From Eledone cirrhosa (lineage: Eukaryota), in assembly GCA_964016885.1 (NCBI GenBank), contig OZ024740.1, forward strand, positions 122,326,001-122,390,000: a stretch of DNA of 64,000 nucleotides, in the 5' to 3' direction. The notes under the pieces are model-generated. The model had not been told where the DNA came from. It saw nothing but the letters and a program-made list of their open reading frames with translations, and searched no databases. Below are positions 1 through 12,779 of this stretch, one piece after another; position 1 is the stretch's first letter; each line of letters starts with the position of its first letter. The position numbers and the translations under genes were made by a program.

Positions 1-186
1 GGGTTTATAACCCTCGGAGAAATGTTGACGGCAACACTCATCTTTTTCCATTTCTCCGAGGGTTATAAACCCACTATCAGGCTAGAAGTTTCTTTAGTCT
101 AAAATACGGTGAAAGCTTATAATTTCTAATTTCAAACTCGCGCACCGTTTCAAAAACATACTTTCATGTTTACGTTTATAATTTGC

Positions 187-190
<4 letters not shown>
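1..190. repeat. Foldback fragment truncated by the window start, with 3' tail ending in (TA)n
   Basis: 1-24 GGGTTTATAACCCTCGGAGAAATG is the exact reverse complement of 49-72; unique sequence then runs to the (TA)n at about 191. Confidence 0.7.
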
Positions 191-217
<27 letters not shown>

Positions 218-224
<7 letters not shown>

Positions 225-538
225 ATACTTTGGGAGGGTCATGTTGCCAATAAGAAACACGCACCAGTTGCTTTCACTTCAATTTATTATAATAAATTTA
301 TAATAAATTTATAATAAATTTATAAATTTATGAATTTCTGGTTGGTTGTGGAACCAACCAACCAACCAGAAATTTATAAATTTATAAATTTATTATAAAT
401 TTATTATAATAAATTGAAGTGAAATTTACTGGTGCGTGTGTTTCTTATTGGCAACATGACCCTCCCAAAGTATAACAATATCGGTTTCAACACACGGTTT
501 CAGATAAAGAATCTTGCTAAACAAATTCAGAAACGAAA
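218..538. repeat. ~260-bp palindrome plus ~58-bp tail between (TA)n tracts (PLE-type foldback insertion)
   Basis: TGTTATACTTTGGGAGGGTCATGTTGCCAATAAGAAACAC at 221 is mirrored by ...CAACATGACCCTCCCAAAGTATAACA ending near 478. Only the right arm extends, over 481-538. A related short piece lies at about 7103-7128. Confidence 0.8.
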
Positions 539-619
539 TATATATATATATATATATATATGCAGAGAGAGAGGGGGGGGGGCAGAGAGAGGGAGAGGGG
601 AGAGACACAGGATTCGGCT

Positions 620-1145
620 GGAATATTACCAATAACTGAACATAGTTGGCATTCTGATTTGTACTCTTCTAAGTGTCTATTAATTTTCACACTCAACGTA
701 GATCTTAGGGACGCCTTTGTAGTCCAGGAATACAGTCATCATCAAGTTGATGTTGCTCCAGACCACATCTGACGTTCTTTTGAGGGCGTTGGTGATGCTG
801 AATGCTTAATTTGTGATGACAAATCTTTAGATTCCGGATTGTAGATGTACATCTAGAATGCATCACCAGTTATTACGGTATTGTTGGCAGTAATGTGTGA
901 ATTGCAAATGTGACGAGTAAATAGTACACATTAGCTATCTGATGCGACTGACGCGACTGACGCATGCAGAGAGCTCGCTTAAAGCCGTGCATGGGCATTA
1001 TTGTATTTGGTTCCACATTACACGCATTTATCTTCCCGGCGTTGTTGTTTACTTTTCCAGCATACCACATTTCAACCACTATTTCAACCACCATTCCATT
1101 TTCCAGCTTTGACTCTACGTAAAACCTGAATATTCTTTTCATTAT
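620..1145 (-). pseudogene. Decayed mariner-family transposase fragment
   Basis: Manual minus-strand translation gives TGDxx*xYIYNPESK..S.Q....SP.P.K......MMTVFLDYKGV, matching the mariner TGDExW..Y.PE.K and TVFWD.KG motifs, with stops and frameshifts. Confidence 0.6.
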
Positions 1146-2249
1146 AATCTTGAGTCATATCTCTGAGGAACCATACTTGCATTTCCTTATATATTTGATA
1201 ATGTTTATCTCTATATTTATATCAATTTGTCTGTCTCAGGTGGGATACAATACACTTTCATCTTTTTTCTATTATCATCAAGTACAATGACTCAAATCAT
1301 ATAGCCAATAACTACAATTTTCACGCCATCCTTGTCAATCAGTTTAATCGGTTGTTAACAAAAGTTTAAAAAAAGAGAAAGCTGCGACGTTTTCGTTCAT
1401 CAAAGCTAGAAAAATGGTGCTTAATTAATTCCAGTTTAGTATTTTTTGATACAGTTTGAATTCAAATCTTGTTTTAACTTGGCTTCTTTAGTCATTGTTT
1501 CAAAAACTGTTATATACAATTTCGTCACTAAATATGTTGTGAAAGGAAAAAGCTTCCAAAACATCTGGAGTGTTGTAATTCACCGTTCGTATTAGAACTT
1601 TGTGCTTTATCAACCCATCATACTACTTACAACTGTATTACATACCTCTCTCTATCTCTCTCTTTCTTTCTCTCTCTCTCCCTCTCTCTCTCTCCCTCGC
1701 TCTCCCTCTCTCTCTATCTATATATCTATTTATCTCGCTATCTCTCTCTCTCTCTCTCTCTCTCTCGCTCTCTCTCTCTCTCTCCATATATATACATTTT
1801 TTTCAGTGTGGTCTACTCTTGGTGGTAGGGTCTTCTCCTTTTTCATCTACGCCATCTAAAATACCCCCTCCTCTCTTATCACTCCCATCCTACCCATTCT
1901 TCTTATTCATTGTCTTTGCAATGGTATTCACCCATATTTGTGCATAGGGTTCCACTATTTTCTCACTACCAATATCAATCTAAGGAGGTAATCTGGAATA
2001 TGTATTTGTAAGGTATGTCTATTATTGAATCTACACTGTTTACACACTACCAGTAACGATTCTAACTTCATTGATTCCAAAGAAGACGGTCTGATCGAAC
2101 CTATATATGAGATCTGATAGTATACAGGTATATAACTGCTATAGATCAGACAATATCTCAATATGATCAACCCCCCGAATCGATCGTTAAACATTGATAT
2201 GAATTGGTAAAATAACTCGACTTCATTGTTATTTTCGTTTTTACCTAAT

Positions 2250-2570
<321 letters not shown>

Positions 2571-2747
2571 GATTATTAGGAAGAACGATCTTTTTTTTTC
2601 CTTTTTTTGTTTCTCTCTCTTTTTTTTCTGGGTTAGAAAATGATTAAAACGAAATGTTTTACCTTCTGTGAAGTGTTAAGTTATTAGTTGATTTATTTAT
2701 TATTTAACAATGGCATTTATTTATCTATTTATATATTTAATAATCGT

Positions 2748-2789
2748 CTATTACCGGTTTCAGCATTTTTATGCATTATCAAATGATAG
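2748..2789 (-). ncRNA. Decayed type I hammerhead ribozyme motif
   Basis: Minus strand reads TTGATAA T GCAT aaaa ATGC T GAAA CCGG TA ATAG. Palindromic stem III ACCGGT is retained, but the CUGAUGA box has two substitutions. Confidence 0.5.
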
Positions 2790-3112
2790 TGAAATGTATT
2801 AGTGTGGGGTTACACATGTTAAAAAGAAGGTGCAGAAAGAATAATGTTATTTACAAACAAGGTATATGAAGTGAAAAGAAAAAGAAAAAAAAAGGCATAA
2901 TGTAGAGCATAAAAGTCAATGTTGAAGAAAAAATAATGTTATTTACAGGAATAGTTTTGAAGTTAAGCAGATCAAAATGTGTTAATATAGCAAGAGTACC
3001 ATGGAGACAAATGGTGGACTGAGGTTTGACATGATTTTCCTTTTTAGAGAGTTAATATGCAGGGGAAAGCAATTCTTGCTGGATGATATTTAATTATTTA
3101 AGAAAAAGGATT

Positions 3113-3145
<33 letters not shown>

Positions 3146-3150
<5 letters not shown>

Positions 3151-3303
3151 ATGTTTATCATCGACGGCAGAGCTCGAGCCGTCGAAACGGCTTGAGCTCT
3201 GTGGTCGGGGTTAAACGTTTTCCTATTACCCGCTCTACTACCCAAATATTGAGTACTCTGGTGCGTTATGGTCCATCTGGTTCCTTACCACACTTCCTTC
3301 GTT
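3146..3303 (+). mobile_element. Short foldback plus tail in (TA)n; same family as 27811-27945
   Basis: Hairpin CAGAGCTCGAGCCG-tcgaaa-CGGCTTGAGCTCTG. The tail CTATTACCCGCTCTACTACCC...TTCGTTA matches the reverse complement of 27811-27940. Confidence 0.65.
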
Positions 3304-4398
3304 ATATATATAACCAAAGATTAGTATGGTTCATTGATTACTCAATGAATACAATTTTACAATAGATTAGAAACACTCAACAGTTAAAGTTTTCCTGTTT
3401 GTATATGGTGAATGAGTTATCTTCCTTTTGTTTACATTGTCCGTAAAAAGATTTTCTTTTCTTTTTGACTAGCTTGCTAAATTATATTAGATATGAAATA
3501 TGTAGATTAATAATATATAGACTATCATTAAAATGAATCTATATATCTAAATAAGTAAATACAGAGGTAAATATAACCTTTCATATAAAAGTTTTGAGAG
3601 TAAATGTAACTGCAGTTTAATCCTAGGAATTACATGAAAATTAAAGAATATTAAAGATTTTATAAAAAGAATATCATAATTAAATTAAATAATTTGGGTA
3701 ATAATTGATCTAAATACATTATATGTATTGATGCTGATATATGCATGGTATTAGATGTTAATACATATTTAATAATTATTTAAATATTCTTTAAAGACTA
3801 ATTCTTTTAAAGTTGTAACAAAATATTTAAAGAATATCTTACCTTAAAATAAAAAATAATAATCTATAATGAGTTAAATTAAACTATTTATGTGATTGCT
3901 ATAGAAAGTAATCTATACTGATTAATTTAGATATAATATATAAGTATAATTAGCTAAAGCATAATCAAATACAAAAGATATTCAATTAATATTTGTGAAT
4001 TGATTGGATGTCCTATTTGATCTAGCATTTGAAAACAACGGTTTTTTTCTCTAAACCGCTCTATTTGATGTTCCTTTATTTTTCTTTATTTTCTTACCCC
4101 CCATCGTTCCCTTTACTTTCCCCACACTTTCCCTCTTTTGCCGTTATTCCTCTTTTCTTTTTTATATATTTATTTTACACATTCATCCATTTATTTTTTA
4201 TATTTTGTATTCATTGATCTATTTATGTTTATTTTCTTGCTTTTCCTCTTCTTTATACCCTCTCTCATATCTCTAATTTGCTCTACATCCTTTTTTTCTT
4301 TAAATTTATCATATTATTTGTGGTATATAAACATTGAGATTAGATGGAATAAATCTATACCAATACTGGAATTGAACAATCAAGACCGTAGTGGTATC

Positions 4399-4470
4399 AT
4401 ATATTTTGTCTGATGAGGACATACTGAAAAAACAACACAGTACCTTTGAAATATATATAATAAAGTATAT
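4399..4470 (+). ncRNA. Type I hammerhead ribozyme near the 3' end of an AT-rich unit (~3312-4515)
   Basis: Stem I ATATATTTTGT (4399-4409) pairs with ATAAAGTATAT (4460-4470). CTGATGA at 4410-4416, stem II core TACTG/CAGTA, GAAA at 4448-4451, palindromic stem III ATATATAT, H17=A4459. Confidence 0.65.
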
Positions 4471-4514
4471 ATTTTGATTATGAGAATATTTTTCATTTGT
4501 TAATATTTTGAATT

Positions 4515-4607
<93 letters not shown>

Positions 4608-4639
4608 TATGTGTGTGTGTGTGTTTATATATAAATTAC

Positions 4640-6600
4640 ACACTTATCAAAGTTATATTCAAATCATTTTATTGCTGACAATCGTTTCTTCTAAACTTTC
4701 GCTTGGAGTCATCGGAGCATTAGCAATATTTGTACATATAATTAACCTCCTATTCAACTGAACAATCATATAGATACATATATATTGATGTTGTGAACAA
4801 CAGTTTCGTATTTACAGGGTGTAATGGATGCGACATATATTATACGAGAATTGTACAATAATTCAAATTAAAGTTAAAAGCACAGAGTGCTTGAGAAAGA
4901 ATAAGGACACAAGCCGTACATATGCAAGCGTGTAGAAAGTGCACATGCGTTAGTCATATATATGAGAAGGGAACAAGCAAATGTATTAGGCATATATAAA
5001 TAGTGTATGGCAAAGGTATCACATAAAATATAAGCATATTAAGCAAATGTGTTAGTGTATTAAAATTTACGGTTGATGTAATGTGAGTATATTTTCTTAA
5101 TACTAATTATCAAATGTGTGTAATAGCATGGGATTTGCACTCCCCATATACCCAAGACGACTATGTATCGGTTTTATTTGCATCAATTAACAGTCCTGGT
5201 TTCTCCGATTAATCTAGGAATGTTCATTTACAATTTCAAAAGGGACCCTATGGTTTCGCATCTTAAGCTTTAACTTTCATTTGTTCCAATTTTGTTTCCC
5301 TCTGTTGATATTGTGGAATGTTCTTGGATTCACCGTTTTACAGTAGTTCTTGAATTTGAATGCAGCACAAATGATATCACTTTTTACTTGTGTGTTACGC
5401 TGGACAATAGATCATTCAAATTGCAAAGCTTCAATCTCCAATTTCCTATTGCACAATGTTACGATGATGCCAACTTTCTTCATGTAAATATATAATATTC
5501 GTAAAAATATAATATTCGTAATGGATTTTAAATGTTTTAGAAATAGATGCCACGAATAATGTTGCGTGTGTTAAACCTCATTGAATATTTACAAGTAAGT
5601 AAATCGAAACATATTCCTTCATTGGGGAATATGCAGAATTGATTATACTGTGTATGTCCAAGTCATTGTGAAGAAGCTCTACTATATGGAAAACTTACTT
5701 TCAGTATGAATCGCTTCTTCAGGAACAATGAAATCTTTAAACCATCGAACCCTAATCAAACCTAGGCATGTAAAAAATCAAATACGTTGATAAATATATC
5801 AGCTGACAGAATGAGTTATTAAGGACTAATTGTAAATAAATCTATAGCATGTAAACAAGTGTTTTATTATATAATTTCTTATACAAATCTCAATATTTTG
5901 CCCAAATTATTAACTGAACCCCCAGGACAATTCAGGCCAGACGTGAAACCTCTAACCCATTCCTAGTAGCGAATGAGAAAGCCACCATGTCGTTTCATGA
6001 CCTGCCAAAAAATGGTATAATGCACTCTACCACCTGAAGCAAACGTAAGGACGTATTACAAAATACAATCTTAGGCGATTGCGTTAGAAATTTAAATATT
6101 TGATTATAAGTATACTCGACCAGAACTGACCGAAGACTGAGCGATGACAACGTCGAACTACAATTTTCACCTTCATATAATTCCAGTTCTATATCATATT
6201 GAGCTTCATAAACTTCGTTTCTATACAGCTTGAATTATTATTATGTGGTTGTTTTAATAAACATATTCAGTCACACCAGTTAAATTCATTTAGCTATAAT
6301 AATTTAAATCTTACTAAATTATGGCTATCTTGCAGTTTACAAGAATTCAGAAGTTTTATTTCGCGTATTCAATGTAAAAATCCATAAAAAATAACTTTGA
6401 TGTAATTGCGCAGGAAATATCTTAAAATATCAAAGCGGCATTTCCTGTGTTTGTAATAACAAATACTTAGGCAAATATAAGAAACGTAAAAGTCGTAACA
6501 GGAAACTCGATTATAAATGCCAAAGCAATCGCTAAAATAAATTTAGGTAAGTAGTTGTAATGTACACAATTTGAAACTTGTTATTCTACGATAAATTTAA
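4640..6600 (-). mobile_element. Heavily decayed Penelope-like element remnant with 3' hammerhead at 4673-4719
   Basis: Minus strand TGCT-CCGATGA-c-stemII-a-GAAA-CGATTG-TC-AGCA followed by AATAAA. Upstream there are only traces resembling RT/GIY-YIG motifs (e.g. KR*IQEH). Boundaries approximate. Confidence 0.45.
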
Positions 6601-6747
6601 TTATATATTTTAAAAATTCGTGTTGGTGTGTTTATCTAAGTGAATGTAAGAATATACGTATGCATGTATGAAAGTATGTATGTATGGACGTACGTACGTA
6701 TGCACACACACACAGACACACACACACGCACACACACAGACACACAC

Positions 6748-6850
<103 letters not shown>

Positions 6851-7412
6851 TATATATAAATATATATATATATAATTGGATATGTTATTTCATATTTTTT
6901 TTATATATATATATATATACTTATATATATGTGTGTGTGTACCTGTGTGTGTGTGCGCACGCATGTATGTATATGTGTGCATTCTAGAATAATGATTTAT
7001 ATTTTCATTTCTTCGAGAGCCAATATATAATTTATGATATCCGTTCATAATAAAATCCGCGTAGATGAATATATGTATGTATAAATATAAATCTACATAT
7101 ATATTGTTATACTTGGGGAGGGTCATATTGATATATATGAATGAATGTGCGATTTACATATGAGAATATGACACTAAGTCTAGATCCATTACAAGTATTT
7201 AACATTTACTGTTTCATAAGGATAGTCACGTTGGCGTGTAGCTGGTGGTTGGTATCCTAAGTCTTTAAGGTGAGTGATGGTTGTTACCATCAGTAAGTTT
7301 ACCTGAGAGTATTAGAATTATCAACACGTGGACGAGTTTATCGAGGTTCATAAGTTTGGAGAAATGTGGGGAAATATGTTAGGTCATGCTGAAAGAGTTT
7401 ACCAGCAGTAAA

Positions 7413-7940
7413 CCCATACGTACATATATATATGTGTGTGCATGTATGTATATACATACTACTGTACGTATATATACATATATGTATGTACGTATACATG
7501 CTTATATTTAAGTATCAGACGTATTAAGTGTGAGAAATAAAATTGTCGTTTCATTCTTTTCCATTTATCGTTTTCGGTACGCCCGTCCGACTAACTCACT
7601 CGATATACAAATTAGGCTGCTCAGTCGATAAGATACATAAGGAAAGTATATACTTTCAAACGTTCAATCATTTGACAGGAAGGTATACGATGCTGACGAT
7701 AGCTAATAAGCTTAAAACTAGTTCATCGTTTCTTTGTCAGTGTTGAAAAAAAGGGCAACAATGGTTGCCGAACACTGTACGTCTTAATTCGGACTGTTTG
7801 TTTACAAACAAACCGAACAATATAATGAATGTTCGGTAAACCGATACGTACATATATATATATATGTGTGCATGTATGTATATATATATACATAGTACTG
7901 TACGTCTGTATACATATATGTATGTCCGTATACATGCTTA

Positions 7941-7978
<38 letters not shown>

Positions 7979-8011
7979 ATTTATATAAGTATGTGAATAT
8001 ATACGTAAGCT

Positions 8012-8081
<70 letters not shown>

Positions 8082-8150
8082 AGCCTACGTATATATTCAC
8101 ATACTTATATAAATTACATATATATATATATAATTTATATATTTATATGA
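7413..8150 (+). mobile_element. ~430-bp hammerhead-bearing unit in partial tandem (copy 1); ribozyme at 7672-7739
   Basis: Unit start CATACGTACATATA at ~7414 recurs at ~7843. Core ACGATG CTGACGA T AGCT aata AGCT T AAAA CTAG TT CATCGT (G12 mutated); stem I extends as TGACAGGAAG/TTTCTTTGTCA. Confidence 0.7.
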
Positions 8151-8159
8151 ACATACACG

Positions 8160-8309
<150 letters not shown>

Positions 8310-8319
8310 TGTGTGTTAA

Positions 8320-9282
8320 TATGAAAACAAATGTGCTGCGTGGTTGCAAATGGGTTACATATGAATAACGTTAGTCCTTCGTCAGTGATCTTCCAACCTT
8401 CATTGGTATTTCATCGCTTTAAAGACCATGTACCTCCGGTTGGTGCGAGGGACGGCTAAAGAAAGTCCTTGGGACTCGTAAATAAGGGGAACGAGCGAGA
8501 CTGTAAACAAACAAAGGTGGTAATGCAACGAAAAGTGAGGAAGAAAGAGTCAAGTCCCACATTTCCATGAATATATGTTCGGTGAAATCGTGAACGAGAG
8601 AGAATAAAGACCATCAAACCTAGTCGAAATGTGAGCAAGGAAGGAATTTCGCACAGGTCAAACGGGAGGAAGAAGGAGCCTAGTCCTTGAATTCAGTGAA
8701 CATAAGTTCTGTGAAATCGTAGACAAGAGAGAAGAAAGGAACAACCAGCCTGGTCAAGCGTGCGCGAGAAAAGAATTACGCACTGGTCAAACGGGAGGAA
8801 GCCTCTTCCTCGCCCTTCACTCCCTCACTCTCTGCTACTACCTCTCCTACTTCCTCCCGTTTGACCTGTGCGTAATTCTTTTCTCGCGCACGTTTGACCA
8901 GGCTGGTTGTTCCTTTTTTCTCTCTTGTCTACAATTTCACAGAACTTATGTTCACCGAATTCAGCGACTAGGCTCCTTCTTCCTCCCGTTAGACCTGTGC
9001 AGAATTCCTTCCTTACTCACATTTCGACTAGGTTTTCATGGTCTTTATTCTCTCTCGTTCCCGATTTCACCGAACTTATGTTCATGGAAATCTGGGACGT
9101 GACTCTTTCTTCCTCCCTTTTCGTTGCATTACCACATTTGTTTGTTTACAGTCTCGCTCGTTCCCCTTATTTAGGTGTCCCAACATCTTTCTTTAGCCGT
9201 TGCTCGCACCAACCGGAGGTATATGGTCTTTAAAGCGATGAAATACCAATGAAGGTTGGAAGATCACTGATGAAGGACTAAT
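8320..9282. repeat. ~910-bp foldback (arms 8371-8801 and 8850-9280) with a ~50-bp left tail, between microsatellites
   Basis: TTAGTCCTTCGTCAGTGATCTTCCAACC... mirrors ...GGTTGGAAGATCACTGATGAAGGACTAA. Arms carry scattered substitutions and a ~135-bp internal sub-repeat. Confidence 0.9.
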
Positions 9283-9290
9283 TTATTTAT

Positions 9291-10118
<828 letters not shown>

Positions 10119-10519
10119 AAGTGTGTGTGTGTGTGTGTATGCGTTTGTGTGGGGTGATAGAGGAAACCACAAACCCTCCATCTCAATTCTACTTTTGAAA
10201 GCACAAGAACTGCGAAAACGGTAAAATAACCAAATAAATATATTTAAAAAAATAGACTCCATTTGCATTTTCGATTTCATATTTTTTTCCTTAAAACTGA
10301 TTAGTTCTTTCGTTACTTTGGTATTGCATGGTTGGGTTTTGCCTACACCAATTTTCAATTTGTCAAGCTATTTAAACGTATGTTATTACTCTAAGGACCT
10401 ACCCTTATTGAGTGCTTTGCTACTCATTCCTTATTCTACTTCGATTTTACTAAGCTTCGACTTATATATATATATATACATATACGTGTGTGTTTGTGTG
10501 TGTGCGTGTGTAAATGTAT

Positions 10520-11048
10520 ATAGATAAATGGCAATTTCCGTCTGTTTGTTTGTTTGTGAACCTAAAACTCAAAAACTACCAAACCGATCTTGAGGAAACT
10601 TGACACGTGTGTGGGGGCTCATGCCCATTTGATTGCTTACGTATATTTCATTTTAATCAAAGGGTTCCTCGGGGCTCAAAACCGCCACTGAAAATCCCCG
10701 CTTAATGTTTGTCCCTTCGATTGATATGGAATGTAACCCATAGGTAAATGACATGATATGTTGCCTATTCACAACATTTAAGCAAATTTCAATAATATTA
10801 AGACACCCTAATGGGGGTTCAATGTTTTTCCTTGTAGCAACACTCAACTTCTCTGACAAACATTTGTTCGCCTGACCAATGCAATCAACAATATTTGTTT
10901 GCATTATTGGTTCATAAATGAATTTGTCTTCTCTTTTGATTATCTGTCCTATATTTTGATAACATTTTTGGTCTGAGAAGCATTGGGCATATTAGTGGGA
11001 ACAGGGAATACCCCCCACTCCCTGGTATTACCGGGTACCTCAGCTAGT
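10520..11048 (+). mobile_element. Non-autonomous Helitron-like element (Lep1/DINE-type)
   Basis: 5' (GTTT)n followed by an AAACTACCAAACCGATCTTGAGGAAACTTGACAC core-like motif. 3' hairpin CCTGGTATTACCGGG is followed 8 nt later by CTAG|T. Confidence 0.6.
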
Positions 11049-11124
11049 ATAACCATAAAGTAGAAGTGTCGATTGATTTACTAACATAAAATATACTAAT
11101 ATATACATATATATATATATATAC

Positions 11125-11534
11125 ATCACAGAAAAAAAAGAGAATCAGTGTTGCGATGAATGGAATTTATTGGACATATTACAATCGTTTCTCTGGCGAC
11201 CAGCTCGAGGCAGGATAGATGTGATGATCGAGCCTGACTCTTTAAATCGCAAGGTCCTCAGATACGTATTGATTCTACGAAGCAGATTTTTCCTATCTGC
11301 TTCGTAGAATCAAGACTTATCTAAGGACCCTGCGATTTTCAGAGTCAGGTTCGATCATCTCATCGATCCTGCTCGAGCTGGTCGCCAAAGAAACGATTGT
11401 AATATGTCCAATAAATTTCATTCGTCGCAACACTGGTTCTCCTTTTTTCTGTGATATCATACTCTGCTCTATGAGAGCATCGAGTGCTCAAACGACCTAG
11501 CGAAAACGGACGCTTTAAGCATCCAACACCAATT
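11125..11534. mobile_element. Foldback (11125-11455) plus 80-bp tail, with one hammerhead in each arm
   Basis: Minus arm 11174-11267 reads ACGTAT CTGAGGA c CTTGCGA...TCGCCAG a GAAA CGATTG TA ATATGT, then AATAAA. The plus-arm copy has CTAAGGA. Flanked by (TA)n on both sides. Confidence 0.8.
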
Positions 11535-11571
11535 ATATATATACATATATATATATAATTATATATATATA

Positions 11572-11652
<81 letters not shown>

Positions 11653-11899
11653 GGACAGAGAGAGTGATACAGAGAGAGGGGAGAGAGAGAGTATGTGTGT
11701 GTGTGTGTGTTTCTCAACAAATTAGCAAACAATATTCGAAGACACGTGTTTCAGCAGAGGGATTTTTCAACTCGTGTATGGTTTTATTGAGAACGGAATT
11801 ATATATGAGATATCTATCTGGATGCTGCGCAGTTGATGTCGGTAATTTTATGGGAATCAAGTTAACTCAAATATACTATTTTTGGGAGGACAACGTTTG

Positions 11900-12700
11900 A
11901 AGAGAGATCACTGGTGGTAGTTCAGTGCGGAATAAACTTCTTGCTATCCAGGGTCTTTCCAGTTATGTAATAGAAATTTCGAAACCAGGGGGCAGCGATT
12001 ATGAAAGTTGCCTCTTGGGTTGAGGCAAGTACTGTTATATAACCTCTGTAATATATTCATTCTTTCATCAATGCGCAACTTATAGGGCTCTGTTCCAATT
12101 CCAAATGGCCTCAATTTGGTTAGAACCTTCAATTGAATTAAGAACTTCAGTTATGCATCCTTGAGTGATTGTATGTTGCTTACGAGCCTCCTGCCGATCA
12201 CTAATCAGAGTGTCTAAAGGTCAAACTACACACATCTACCGCACAAGATCAGTCAGCTCAAATTTACACAGTCGTTCTGACTATAACCTTACACGAGTGG
12301 AAAAATTCATATAATAAAACACATGTCTTCGAATATGTTTTATTAGTCTGTTGTAGAGATCATCTATAGCGAGCTCGTCCTTTGGATTGAGTGCGCTACC
12401 GTCTTCAGACATAACCAACCAGTTTTTACCACAATACACGACTCCAACGCGGATTAGCAGATACTTCTAACATGTACCACGTCGAACATTGGCATTCTAC
12501 CCTGTGAACGCTCTTTATATCCTTGTGCTTTACACAGCCAGCACAATACCAATCTTAGAATGGATCTATAAGAGCAAGAGTACTCCTAGAAGTATATTCC
12601 TATTCTCTCCAACCAAGTTTATTGTAAGTTTCTTCACCAAGACCAGAAGACTTCGTCAATCGCTTGAGATGGTGGGCACTGGCTTTCAACGGAAAAAACT
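11900..12700 (-). pseudogene. Possible decayed L2-group (Crack/Daphne-like) LINE 3' fragment
   Basis: ORF 11944-12132 (LTKLR..GIGTEPY...DER...GNFHNRCPL) weakly resembles the LAKFR..H.L.IETGRY..ER..EFHF..CPLY C-terminus. Confidence 0.3.
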
Positions 12701-12779
12701 ACGGGCACTGCCGACACCTACAACCTGACAACGAGAGCCTATCTACCTAAAAGTAAAGGAGCTCATTCCATTCGAAACG

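Noticed and set aside
7195-7300. Minus-strand CTGATGG...GAAACAGTA hammerhead
   Set aside because: The box is mutated and stem I does not pair; at best a decayed relic.
9236-9282. Type II hammerhead around GAAATACC...CTGATGA
   Set aside because: Stem III, the UH site and stem II could not be paired convincingly.
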